A DNA stretch of 64,000 bases, taken from positions 129,539,062 through 129,603,061 of the forward strand of contig NC_068982.1 of the NCBI RefSeq assembly GCF_001194135.2. The letters run 5' to 3'. The DNA is from Octopus bimaculoides. Taxonomy: Eukaryota. The position numbers and the translations under genes were made by a program. Below, in pieces: positions 35,521-47,207 of the stretch. Under the pieces are notes generated by a model, which was not told the DNA's origin, ran no database searches, and saw only the letters and a list, made by a program, of their open reading frames with translations. Numbering within the stretch: position 1 is the first letter of the stretch; each line of letters starts with the position of its first letter.

Positions 35521-36441
35521 AAGTTGGAAGTGCTATGAAGCATTTCAAACACATCAATAATTCTAGGACAATTCAAGAATTGTGTTGGCATCATTTCAGT
35601 TTTCAAGTTCCAGTGATGTATCTTATCACATAACAACAACAAGGCCTATTATCATTTTGGTCTGACACCTATAAATAAGTTTATTGGTCCACAACATATC
35701 CTTGTATTTACTCTTGCTTATAAATTGATTGATCAACAAGAAGCATAAGTTTTTGTTGATGATTTGTTCTCCCACTTATCTCTTTCTGTCTTCCTCTGTG
35801 TTCTTCTTTTCATTGTTACCTTATTATAATTTACCTTGCCAATAGTTGAATTTAAATTGAGCTATAAATCTTACACTGAGTGCACATACACACACACATT
35901 CCAATCAATGATTAGAATTATTTACATAGTTGAATCTAGATTTCAGAATTAAATGAAAGACCACTTCAAATATTTCACTTTATGACTTTCTTAAATTAAA
36001 GTTCTGTTTAATCAAAACTCTGTTTTCTCCTGAGCCAACAAGTCAACAGACCATCTGTTACACTTTGGCAGCACACATCAACCCTAAGCATTTAAATAAA
36101 TGATTCTAAGAATTTACTTTGTGATGATTCACATCAGTTTACCAGATAAAGCCTGTTTCCTTAGACATAATTGGTATTATTGATGATTTATTCCAAGATT
36201 ATTTGCATCCCCCCCAAAAAAATTTGTGTTATTGGAAATTGGCTACACAGTTGACATATCAACATTTTTGTCTGACATGTGAAAGACAATAATTTAGAAA
36301 GATCTTGTAATTTTTTTTTTTTTATAGGAGAAATAATACTACTTAAACATTGAAGAATAAAATATTAAATGACAAATCCTGAAGCTAATTCAAGCTGTCA
36401 ATTCAATCAACCACAACATATTGAGAATCATTGAATAAACT

Positions 36442-36667
36442 TTAATCCTTTAGCATTTAAACCAGCCATGTCTCGCCCAAATATTCTACCTGTTTTATTT
36501 TTATACTGACCAGGTTTGGTCTCTCACACCTAACCTACAATGTCATTCTCAAAATATATAATCACATCATTGACGTCTCAAAGCTACGTGATAATGCATG
36601 ATTAATTTAAATAATTGTGAATAAATAAGCATTGCATTTGACAGTAGTCTGAATGTTGAGGGGTTAA
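36442..36667 (+). mobile_element. piggyBac-like MITE; inverted partial copy at about 37975-38145
   Basis: Ends ttaatcctttagc...gttgaggggttaa (TTAA-CCCT-type termini); internal tgcatgattaatt shared with the second copy. Confidence 0.6.
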
Positions 36668-36949
36668 TGAAGTCTGTAGATGTGAAATAGGTTAGTAGAT
36701 AAGATATTTGACAACCTGTCAAATGTTCAAATCTAATACGTGTGTTTTATTGTGTAATTTAATACTGCTACAATACACTTCTTATGCTACTTTGTCATTG
36801 AATCCAAACTTGGAATTCTATTATAACTGCTTGTGATGGCTAGTATAAATCAGTCAATTCTATATTAACCTTTTAGAATTTAGATTAAGCTGTCAAATGT
36901 AATGCATGTTTATTCTCATTCATCACTATCATTTAATGTCCATTGTCCA

Positions 36950-37945
36950 CTTGTGCTGGTGGCACGTGAACAAAACATTCAAGCAAGGTTGTTGCCAGTG
37001 CCGCTAGACTGACTCCTGTGCAGGTGGCACGTAAAAAACACCATTTGAGCGTGGTCAATGCCAGTACCATCAGACTGGCCCTCATGCCGGTGGCACATAA
37101 AAGCACCCACTACACTCTCGGAGTAGTTGGTGTTAGGAAGGGCATCCAGCTGTAGAAACTCTGCCAGATCAGATTGGAGCTGGGTGCAGCCATCTGGTTC
37201 ACCAGTCCTCAGTCAAATCGTCCAACCCATGCTAGCATGGAAAGCGGATGTTAAACGATGATGATGATGTCCATGCTGGCATGGGTTGGATGGTATGATC
37301 AGAGCTGGCAAGCTGGGGAGCTGCACCAGACTCCAGTCTGATTTGGCATGGCTTCTACAGCTGGATGTCTTTCCTAATGCCAACCACTTTATAGAGTGTG
37401 CTGGGTGCTTTTTATATGGCATCACATGGGCACTTTTATGTAGCACCACATAGGCACTTTTACATGGCACTGCATGGGCACTTTTACATGGAACTACATG
37501 GATGCTTTTGTGTGGCACTGCCATGAGTGCTTTACACCGCAAGCAGGATCAGTTTTAACACTTCTGCTGCAGAGTACAGATCTTCTTCAGTATGGCCAGA
37601 TACCAGGTATCTCGGTCCTTTGTCATTTTGCCTGAAACGGTCAGCTTCCGGAGGTCATTCGTCAGTACTTCATCCCATGTCTTCCTGGATCTCCCACTTT
37701 GAGAGATCAGCACTTCTTTATGGAGCTGTCAGCATCCATCCACATAGCTTGACCAAACCAGTGCAGTCATTTCTCTTGCACACAGCAATTAAGTTCTCTT
37801 ATGCCTAACTTCTTTCTCAGAACACTGGTACTCTGTCAAACATGTACACTTACATTACACATCCAGTGAAGCATACTAACCTCATTCCTTTCTAACCTTC
37901 ACATGTCCTCTGCATTCGGGGTCCATGTCTCACTACCATGTAGAA
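36950..37945. mobile_element. Tail-to-tail RTE fragments: 3'-end copy (+, 36950-37268) and RT C-terminus + 3'UTR (-, 37270-37945)
   Basis: Minus strand LHGSETWTPNAEDM*RLERNEVSML.WMCNV ... MTKDRDTW; (GAT)n junction at about 37257-37268. Confidence 0.8.
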
Positions 37946-38678
37946 TTATTGTCTGTATACATGCACATTGTTTTGAATTAATCATGCATTATCTCATAGC
38001 TTCATGATCTCAGTAATATGATTGTTTATTTTTAGAATGACACAGTATAATAGGTGTAAGAGGTTGAATCTGGCTGGTTTGAACATAAACAAGGTCGAAT
38101 ATTTATTGTTGAATATAACCAGTTTAAATTCTAAAAAGTTTAAAGTTATCTAGTATAGAGTATCTGCCCTCAATAGGACACCTTTCTTCATCATATAGAA
38201 AACCTCTGAACATTGTACATTTTCATGACTTCAGATATATGAAAGAAAAGTGTCTCCCGGTTGAAAACTGGCACAGCCATTCTACCAAATTTCCAACATG
38301 AAATACAATGTTACAAGTAGTAAATTCTAAATTTGCAAAAGAAACAGCAAAATGGAATATCAATGGGCATGTCAATCAATTTATAAATATTTTATCAAAC
38401 ATAAAAACTTGACAATTCAATGCAGTCACATATTACATTTGTAAAGTGTTGACAAACTTATAAAAGACACATAAAACCAAACACATTTTGAAAGATAAGG
38501 CTTTTAATATTGATATATGCAAAATAAATTCCAATCAATAAAATATTGTTCAATGGAGCATTATAAACATGTGATTTATAGCTATCTATTTAGTCTATAG
38601 GCACACACACAATCATAACATATATATATATATATATATATGCATGCACATACACAAATATATACATACACACACATG

Positions 38679-38718
<40 letters not shown>

Positions 38719-39708
38719 GTATATATATATATATCAATATGTCATAGGTATATATATATACACACACATGCATATCTATATATATTTATATGTCATAAGT
38801 ATACACACACACACACACATACACATACATATATGCATACATCTACCTTCTACTATAGGTGCAAGGCCTGAAATTTTGGTGGAGGGGTATATAATCGATT
38901 ACATCAACCTCAGTGCTCAACTGGTACTTATTTAATTATCCCCGAAAATATGAAAAGCAAAGTTGACCTCAGTGCAATTTGAACTCAGAATATAAAGATG
39001 GATGAAATGTCATTTGGCATTTTGTTCAGTGTGCTAACGACTCTGCCAGCTTGCTACCTTACATATATTATACATATCATCATCATCTTAATATCTAATT
39101 TTCAATATGTATGTATGCATGTATGTATGCATGTATGTATACATGTTTGTATGCATGCATGTGTGTGTGCATGTGTGTCTCTGTGTGTGTCTGAAGCATA
39201 TGTATATGAGTAGCATATTTATGGTGTCATCTGACTTCAGACTGACCACCTGACAGAATAAAATATACCCTATAATTTTATTTTTCTATTTTGACATACT
39301 TCAGTCATTCCTTTATACATACATATATATNNNNNNNNNNNNNNNNNNNNNNNNNNNNNNNNNNNNNNNNNNNNNNNNNNNNNNNNNNNNNNNNNNNNNN
39401 NNNNNNNNNNNNNNNNNNNNNNNNNNNNNNNNNNNNNNNNNNNNNNNNNNNNNNNNNNNNNNNNNNNNNNNNNNNNNNNNNNNNNNNNNNNNNNNNNNNN
39501 NNNNNNNNNNNNNNNNNNNNNNNNNNNNNNNNNNNNNNNNNNNNNNNNNNNNNNNNNNNNNNNNNNNNNNNNNNNNNNNNNNNNNNNNNNNNNNNNNNNN
39601 NNNNNNNNNNNNNNNNNNNNNNNNNNNNNNNNNNNNNNNNNNNNNNNNNNNNNNNNNNNNNNNNNNNNNNNNNNNNNNNNNNNNNNNNNNNNNNNNNNNN
39701 NNNNNNNN

Positions 39709-39752
<44 letters not shown>

Positions 39753-39774
39753 CATATATGTATATATGTATGTG

Positions 39775-40095
39775 CATGACTCAGTGGTTAGAGTATCACA
39801 CTCACAATCATGAGGCAGTGAGTTCAATTCCCAGACCAGGCTGTGTGTTGTGTTCTTGAGCAAAATACTTTACTTCACATTGCTCCAGTTCACTCAGCTG
39901 TAGAAATGAGTTGCGATGTCACAGGTCCCAAGCTGTATCAGCCTTTGCCTTTCCCTTGGATAACATTGGTTGCACAGAGAGGGGAGGCTGGTATGCATGG
40001 GCAACTGCTGGTCTTCCATAAACAAACTTGTCTGGACTTGTTCCTCAGAGGGTAACTTTCTAGGTGCAACCCCACAGTCATTCATGACTGAAGGG
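39775..40095 (+). mobile_element. tRNA-derived CORE-like SINE
   Basis: gactcagtggttagag..gagttcaattccc head; tgtgttgtgttcttgagcaa..ttcacattgctccagttcactcagctgtagaaatgag CORE-like domain. Confidence 0.75.
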
Positions 40096-40449
40096 GGTCC
40101 ACTTATGTATGTATGTGTGTGTGGGGGTGTATACACATGAATATGTGTATGTGTTTGCAGTTTTATAACACTCCTAACATCCTTACCAACACAAACAAAA
40201 ATGAACTCTGTATTAAATGAACTTTGATACCAAATAAAGAATCTCTTGAAAGCTATTTTTAACCAAAAAAACTCAAAATAGAGTCATGGCTTGTAAACAC
40301 CTAGTGAAAATTTTCCCTCAAACATCTAATTATTAAAGTGGAAAAATTACCAGAAAAGCCATTCCCATTCATTTTTTCAAATATATAATACTGTGCCAAA
40401 GTCATTCTAGTTCTAATTCTAATGTGGACAGTTGCATAAAGAATTACTG

Positions 40450-41437
40450 ATCACTAAAAGTGGATGGAACTTGTGGAAGAGAAAGACATGGAATGGGATA
40501 TTAAAGGTTGATCTCAAGATGCTGAGCCTTATGAAGGAGATGACAAAGGACCGAGATACCCCATAATCACCCCCCACATTCATCCCCTAACACCCATCAC
40601 AGAATAGGTACATACTCCATATCCTATTTTTCTGAGTTATCTCTCTTCCCTCTACCTAAGACCACTTCCATTTCTCCACTCATCTCCTATCCCCACCAAT
40701 CACCTCCTTTCTGTGCCTTCTCTCATTAAGCGAGGTGTTGATGATGTTCTTCATCATTAATCCCTCATTTACCTGCTATCACCCACAGTGCCCTCACATA
40801 TCTCCCACAACGTCTTCCCCTGAGCCTCTCATATATTCCTCTTCATCATTTGTTTGGTTACCTCAATCTTGCCCACTCACCTAGTCCAAGCCTCTGTATC
40901 ACTTCACCTATTCTCATCACCACCAAAGTCCCTCAAGGGCATGTCCCAACACATTTTCACCATTGTCTCTCTCTCTCACTCTCTCTCACTACCACCCTCT
41001 TTATCTTACTCTCTAACTCACTCCTTTTTTTCCAACTGGGGTACCCATGTATCTACTCTACAGCAAGACACCTGTACCTGTCCTTCTATAACTTTAATCT
41101 CTCAACTAGCACAAAACCACATCCCTCAATACCACTCCCCGCTTCCAGTTGAGGGGGTTTGTACTTGATGACCCTGTCAGTGCTGGTGCCATGTCAAAAG
41201 CACTCTGATGGTGCTACGAAAAAAGCACTGGTGCTGGTGCCGCTTAAAAACACTAGTGCAGCATAAAAATCAGCCAAGTGCACTCCATAAGGTGGTTGGC
41301 ATTAGGAAGGCATCCAACCATAGAAACCATACCAAAACACAATGAAACCTGATGCAGCTCTTGGCCTTGCCAGCTCCTATCAAATGATGCAACCCATGCC
41401 AGCATGGAAAACAGATGTTAAATGATGATGATGATGA
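40450..41437 (+). mobile_element. Degenerate RTE 3' region (ORF end, CT-rich spacer, (GAT)n tail)
   Basis: GILKVDLKMLSLMKEMTKDRDT followed by a pyrimidine-rich stretch and the family tail ttaaatgatgatgatg. Confidence 0.65.
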
Positions 41438-41616
41438 CGACATATTTATATATATGTAAAAATAACGATAGCCACAAGTTGATATTAAAGTTCCTATGTG
41501 CATTTCACCATTATAGTTATTTGTAGCCTGGTGATAGCTGTTCCAATTGCATATATGTCAACCACAATGGATCCTCAAGGAACACATTATTATATCAAGT
41601 TACAGATGGTAGATGG

Positions 41617-41663
<47 letters not shown>

Positions 41664-42464
41664 TATAAACAAGTAAGCATATAGGTACAAAACCAGGTGG
41701 TAAAATTAGCACTTAAACACCAAAAGTAAAGTAAAATACTATTTTATTAAAGCTGAAAAAACTTAGGTCATTGTAAAAATATGCTTGCCATCTCATTCTT
41801 ATTTCTTTATTGCCCACAAGGGGCTAAACATAAGGACAGATAAAGGGATTAAGTCGATTATGTCGACCCCAGTGCGTAACTGGTACTTAATTCATCGACC
41901 CCGAAAAGATGAAAGGCAAAGTCGACCTCAGCAGAACTTGAACTCAGAACGCAACGGCAGATGAAACACCGCTAAGCATTTTGCCCGGCACGCTAACGTT
42001 TCTGCCAGCTCACTTGCCATCTCATTCTGCTGATGAAATCTTCAGTTTTCTCTATAAGATCTTTAAAGTGCAGTTTATTTGATGGAACTGAAATGCTCTT
42101 TATCGAAAGATTCAGCAAGTATAGTTTCATTTTCCAGCTGTTTTTTCTCCCTTTTGAGGAGAGTCACTCGAACTAACAAAAGGTGCAATATACACATATA
42201 CAAATATTTACATACACACACATATTTACATACACAGGGCCTACCTTGAGATTTTTCCAAACAGGTGTATTGGACACCTGTTTCAGTAGAATACTCTTCA
42301 CATTCACTGGACCTCTCATCACCCGACATTTTTTTTTATTGGGTAGGGTGGGGGGAATACTCAAAAGATAAAGTTTGTGGTACAAAAGTGGCATGAGTTG
42401 ATGGACTGAAGGAAGTCCACATATATATATGCACTCACTATATATATATATATATATTGCCATG

Positions 42465-42660
42465 ATAGATCGCTGACCAAACCATTCAATTTTTTTTCTC
42501 CGTGTTTTTGTCCTTGTTTTCTCCGTATTCTTTCTGTTGAAGAGCGTAGCTCGAAACGTTAAAGACTTTCTGTATTCCCGAGCGTTAAACTAATACATCC
42601 TTTTGTTGTTTACACCACCTGTCTTCGTCTGTTGTTGTTTTTTTCGTAAATTCTCCCATA
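42465..42660 (+). mobile_element. Penelope-like pseudo-LTR-type fragment between (TA)n tracts, carrying a hammerhead-like motif
   Basis: ctgttgaagagcgtagctcgaaacgtt motif; flanked by (TA)n at 42421-42457 and 42659-42671. Confidence 0.6.
42529..42565 (+). ncRNA. Minimal type I hammerhead ribozyme variant (core CUGUUGA)
   Basis: UCUUU-CUGUUGA-A-GAGC/GUA/GCUC-GAA-ACGU-U-AAAGA: stem I 5 bp, stem II 4 bp, palindromic ACGU in place of stem III; position 6 is U rather than A. Confidence 0.55.
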
Positions 42661-43729
42661 TATATATATATACACACACATACTCACACGCACACATTCA
42701 CATACCTCCCTTTTACATGCACACACATATACTCACACAGAGATGAAATGTTGATTTTTTTTCATCCCTTCCTTCCTTATTCATCTATCACCCCTTCCTT
42801 TCTCCATTGCTATTACTTTCTCTCACTCACTCTCAGTCAGGGCTATTACTCTCACTACTTCTCCTTCACTGAATTACTATTTTCTCTCCTCTCTCTTCAC
42901 TTATACTAGTCTTTCTCCTACTCCACCCTACTCCTACTCTGTGATTTTGGACAAATATGTATTTTCATTTTCCCCCTTCTTGAAAATTTGCCATGCAATG
43001 AAAGCTAGTTAGAAACCCTTTTTAACCCTTCTTACACACATCTATATTAAAATATGTTTTCAGTTTAGCATTCTGCCTTTTTATTATTATTATTTTTTCT
43101 TTTCCTATTATCTCTCCACGTGCGGTTAACACAACCCCAACATTTACATACAAATATATTAAAACACTATGTTCATTATTATATTAGGAGATGACATAAG
43201 TATAAACAGGCAAACAACAGGTATGAGGTTAGATTATGACATTTATATATCTAAACATGAAGGTTGAGTCATTACACGAATACAGATCATATGAAAGAAA
43301 GAAAAAGTGTGCAGATAGTCTCTGAAAGCTGTTTCAATATGTTGATCTACAGATGGTGCATTTTTCTGCAAACAATCAACAGTCAACCTTATAGTAGCAA
43401 TCTATTCCATCATCGGAGGGAGAATGAGCTGAATTCTATATTACCTGTGCGCGCATGTGTGTGTGTGTGTGCGTGTGTGTATAATATACACACACAGACA
43501 CATGTGACTGTGCACACATATACATACACTTACATATATTGCTAAATGTCTTATTAGATATGTAGACAGATATGCTATAAATTTTAATAAACAGAAATAT
43601 TAAGGGAAAAGAGGACTTGTATATAGTAAAATATATGTTTGGAATATATATATTATTTATACAATACTATATTATAGACTTATTCAAGTTGCTTTTACCA
43701 TTCAGTTTCAAATATAAGAATTGGGGAAC

Positions 43730-43767
<38 letters not shown>

Positions 43768-44171
43768 CATGTGTATGTATGTGTATATGTTTGCATGCAT
43801 GTATGTATTATATATTGTGTATCAAAACACATCTAGTTTTGTGGTCAATGTACACATTTGCCATGCGAGTATTAAAACAGATAATAGATGTTTAAGATGT
43901 CTTGGTTAATTGTTTGATACTGAAACTTTAACTGCTATTATTAAATGGATTTGGTCTCAAATTTTACAGTTTATAGCTGTTGGTGCAATGATTGACACTA
44001 TGTTTGTGCATCTTGGTGTATGTATAGAAGAAAATAATATTGATACATATTTGAATTTTGCATTCTGTTCTTTTCTGAAGTTCTTGAATATATAGTATTG
44101 ACCAGTATGTTGCCAGCATCAGATAGCATTGGTTTCTGTAAAAATAAAAATAAAAACTGAATATTATAACC

Positions 44172-44224
<53 letters not shown>

Positions 44225-44926
44225 ATGTATGTATGTATGTATGTATGTATGTAGGTATGGGTGTATGGGTGTATGTTTGGATGTCTGTGTAGATAGATAG
44301 ACATACAGACAGACAGGTAGATAGATAAATAGATAGATAGATAGATATGAATGACAAAAAAGAAGTTAGGCGCAGGAGTGGCTGTGTGGTAAGTAGCTTG
44401 CTTACCAGCCACATGGTTCCGGGTTCAGTTTCACTGCATGGCACCTTGGGCAAGTGTCTTCTACTATAGCCTCGGGCCGACCAAAGCCTTGTGAGTGGAT
44501 TTAGTGGATGGAAACTGAAAGAAGCCCGTCGAATATATGTATATGTATATATGTGTGTATATGTTTGTCCCCCCAACATCGCTTGACAACTGGTACTGAT
44601 GTGTTTGCATTCCCGTAAAGTAGCAGTTCAGCAAAAGAGACCGATAGAATAAGTACTAGGCTTCCAAAGAATAAGTCCTGGAGTCGATTTGCTCGACTAA
44701 AGGCAGTGCTCCAGCATGGCCGCAGTCAAATGACTGAAACAAGTAAAAGAGAGAAAGAGTATGTCATTTTCATTAGCTTACTGCTGTTTCAGCCACATGG
44801 AACTGTACACTAACTAACAGTTGAGTACCACTATGACATCTTATAACTTCATATATATATATATAGTAGAATAATAAAAAGGAAGTTCTTGGCACAGTAT
44901 TATATATTTGAAAAAAATGAGTTGAG

Positions 44927-45631
44927 AGTAGCTTTTGCGGGGAGCGGGGATGATTTTTATTTTAATAATGTTTACAGTGAGTTACTCTGTTTACAAGTTT
45001 CAAGCTTCATATAACTGCTTTCAAACTGAAAAATATATGTTTTACTGGTTGTTTAAATAGAAAAAAAATTCAGATAACAAAAAATATATATAAAAAAATA
45101 CAAAAGTATATGTGTAGAAGAAGAAGAAGAAGAAGAAGAAGGGGGAAATGGAATAAAGCTAAAAGTAAAAATAAATATAAAAATAGTAATCAAGAACATG
45201 GGGGGAAAGAAAGTTAAGTACATCAAGAATAAAGAAATGGAATATTTTGGAGTGGTCAAAATATTCCATTTCTTTATTCTTGATGTACTTAACTCTCTCC
45301 TTCCCCCATATTCTCAGTCACTATTTTTATATTTATTTTTACTTTTAGTTTTATTCCATTTCCCCCTTCTTCTTCTTCTTCTTCTTCTTCTTCTTCTTCT
45401 TCTTCTTCTTTCTTTCTTTCTTTCTTTCTTTATTTCTTTCTTTCTTTCTTTCTTCTACACATGTGCTTTTGTATTTTATTTTTATATATATTTTCTGCTA
45501 TTTAAGCAACCAGTAAAACATACATTTTTCAGTTTGAAAACAATCATTTGAAGCTTGAAACTCATAAACAGAGTAACTCACTGCAAACATTATTAAAATA
45601 AAAATCATCCCCACTCCCTGCAAAAGCTACT
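44927..45631. repeat. 705-bp near-perfect palindrome (foldback/MITE-like)
   Basis: Arms mirror each other from agtagcttttgc to gcaaaagctact, including (GAA)n versus (TTC)n; loop gagtggt at 45250-45256. Confidence 0.9.
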
Positions 45632-47175
45632 ATGAATAGAGTTGTTTTTGTTCAAACTATGCTACATACATTTAGATAGCATGTCTATTTATTTGTTCAC
45701 AATGTATTACATAATGATATTATATAATGTGAATTACATAACCAAACCATTTCTTGAGGCATCTTGAACAGTTGACAGTTAAAATTGGTTTGTATGTGTA
45801 TCTATTCTTTTATTCTTTTACTTGTTTCAGTTATTTAACTGTGGCCATGCTGGAGCACTGCCTTTAGTTGAACAAATCGATCCCTAGGCTTATTCTTTGT
45901 AAGCTTGTTACTAATTCTATTGGCCTCTTTGGCTGAACTGCTAAGTTATCTATATAATCATTTAATGTCAGCTACTCTGCAGGCATGGGTTGGCTGGTTC
46001 AACAGGACCTGATGAACTGGAGAACTATGTCAGGCTCCAATGTTTACTTAGCATGATTTCTATAACTGGAACCTCTTCATAATGCCAACCATTTTACAGA
46101 GTGGACTGGGTGCTTTTTTTTGTGACATTAGCACTAGTGAAGATTGTTTCAGGCTAAAGTGCCTGAAATGGTTTCTACAACTGAGGGAGAATAGAAGAGA
46201 GAGCATGCAATGATTCTAAGTAGGGGATGTAAGTGAGAGGAGAGGACCAGATTTATAGTTACAATTGGATGGCTGTGGAGGGAGTGACAGTAAGCATTAA
46301 GTAGTTAGTAGTATGGCAAAGAACAAGGGAGAGTGAAGGGATCAGTGTCAAGGGTTATTGAGAAAAATGGGAGGACAGAGTAGGAAGGTGATAGGGTGAA
46401 TTGTTAGGTGGGGAAAAGAGGAAATGGGGGATGTAATAGACTAGGGTGGAGAGGAATTATAAGAGAGTCATACTCTCTAGGTTCATATTGATTTCTTTTA
46501 TTGGTGGAAGGTCATAAATTTGTCAGGTAGGATTTTAATTGAGTAGACCTTGTATGGTAAATATCTATTAATCCTTGTGAAGAAAGGCAAATTCAACAGT
46601 TGTTATGCTTGTTAGATTAAATGATTTTGTATGTGAATTTAATATTTTTGTCATTATCATATCTATTTAACTTTAGCACATTATAATGAAAGTTATTACT
46701 TTGGCTCAAAACCACAAATTTTGAAAGAAGATTGCAGTCAATCTGATTGATCTAATATTTGACTGCTTTTTCTCAATATCAATCTTAGAAAGAAAGTAAA
46801 GTCAACCATGTTAAGGTTTGAATTTAGCAATATAAAGCAACTAAAGGCTATAAGATATTCAGTTTAACTTTCTACAGTTTCTACGAACCACTGTTTTCTG
46901 CTGTAGTGCTTGTCTAAAATACCTTATAATGTTTTGCTATATTTCATTATATTCTGAGTTCAGATTTTTGGCGGGATTTTATAAGGGTTATTTTTGCATT
47001 TCATCTTGGGATCAATTTAATGGGCTATTATTACTTTTTCCATACAAATATCCGATTCCATCTCAGAATTAGAAATTATGATTTTGAGAATACAATAGTT
47101 TTAATTCAGATTTCTTTAGCAGAACAATAAAGAATAATTTACTGGTGATGTACACTGATATACTTTAATGTTGTT

Positions 47176-47207
47176 TTAGTTCAATGCCGCAATAACAAAT
47201 CTAAAGA
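47176..47207 (-). CDS. Orphan glycoprotein exon 4 (VFRFVIAALN*)
   Basis: ttttttttctttcag acceptor after a 60-nt intron; in-frame TAA at 47178-47176. Confidence 0.7.

Noticed and set aside
38582-39213. ORFs rich in YI/CV/HT repeats (also 43721-44579, 57048-57355, 45198-45551)
   Set aside because: Microsatellite translations.
43240-43450. Possible minus-strand exon (DCYYK echo of glycoprotein exon 2)
   Set aside because: In-frame stops follow immediately, and the gene already closes at 47176.
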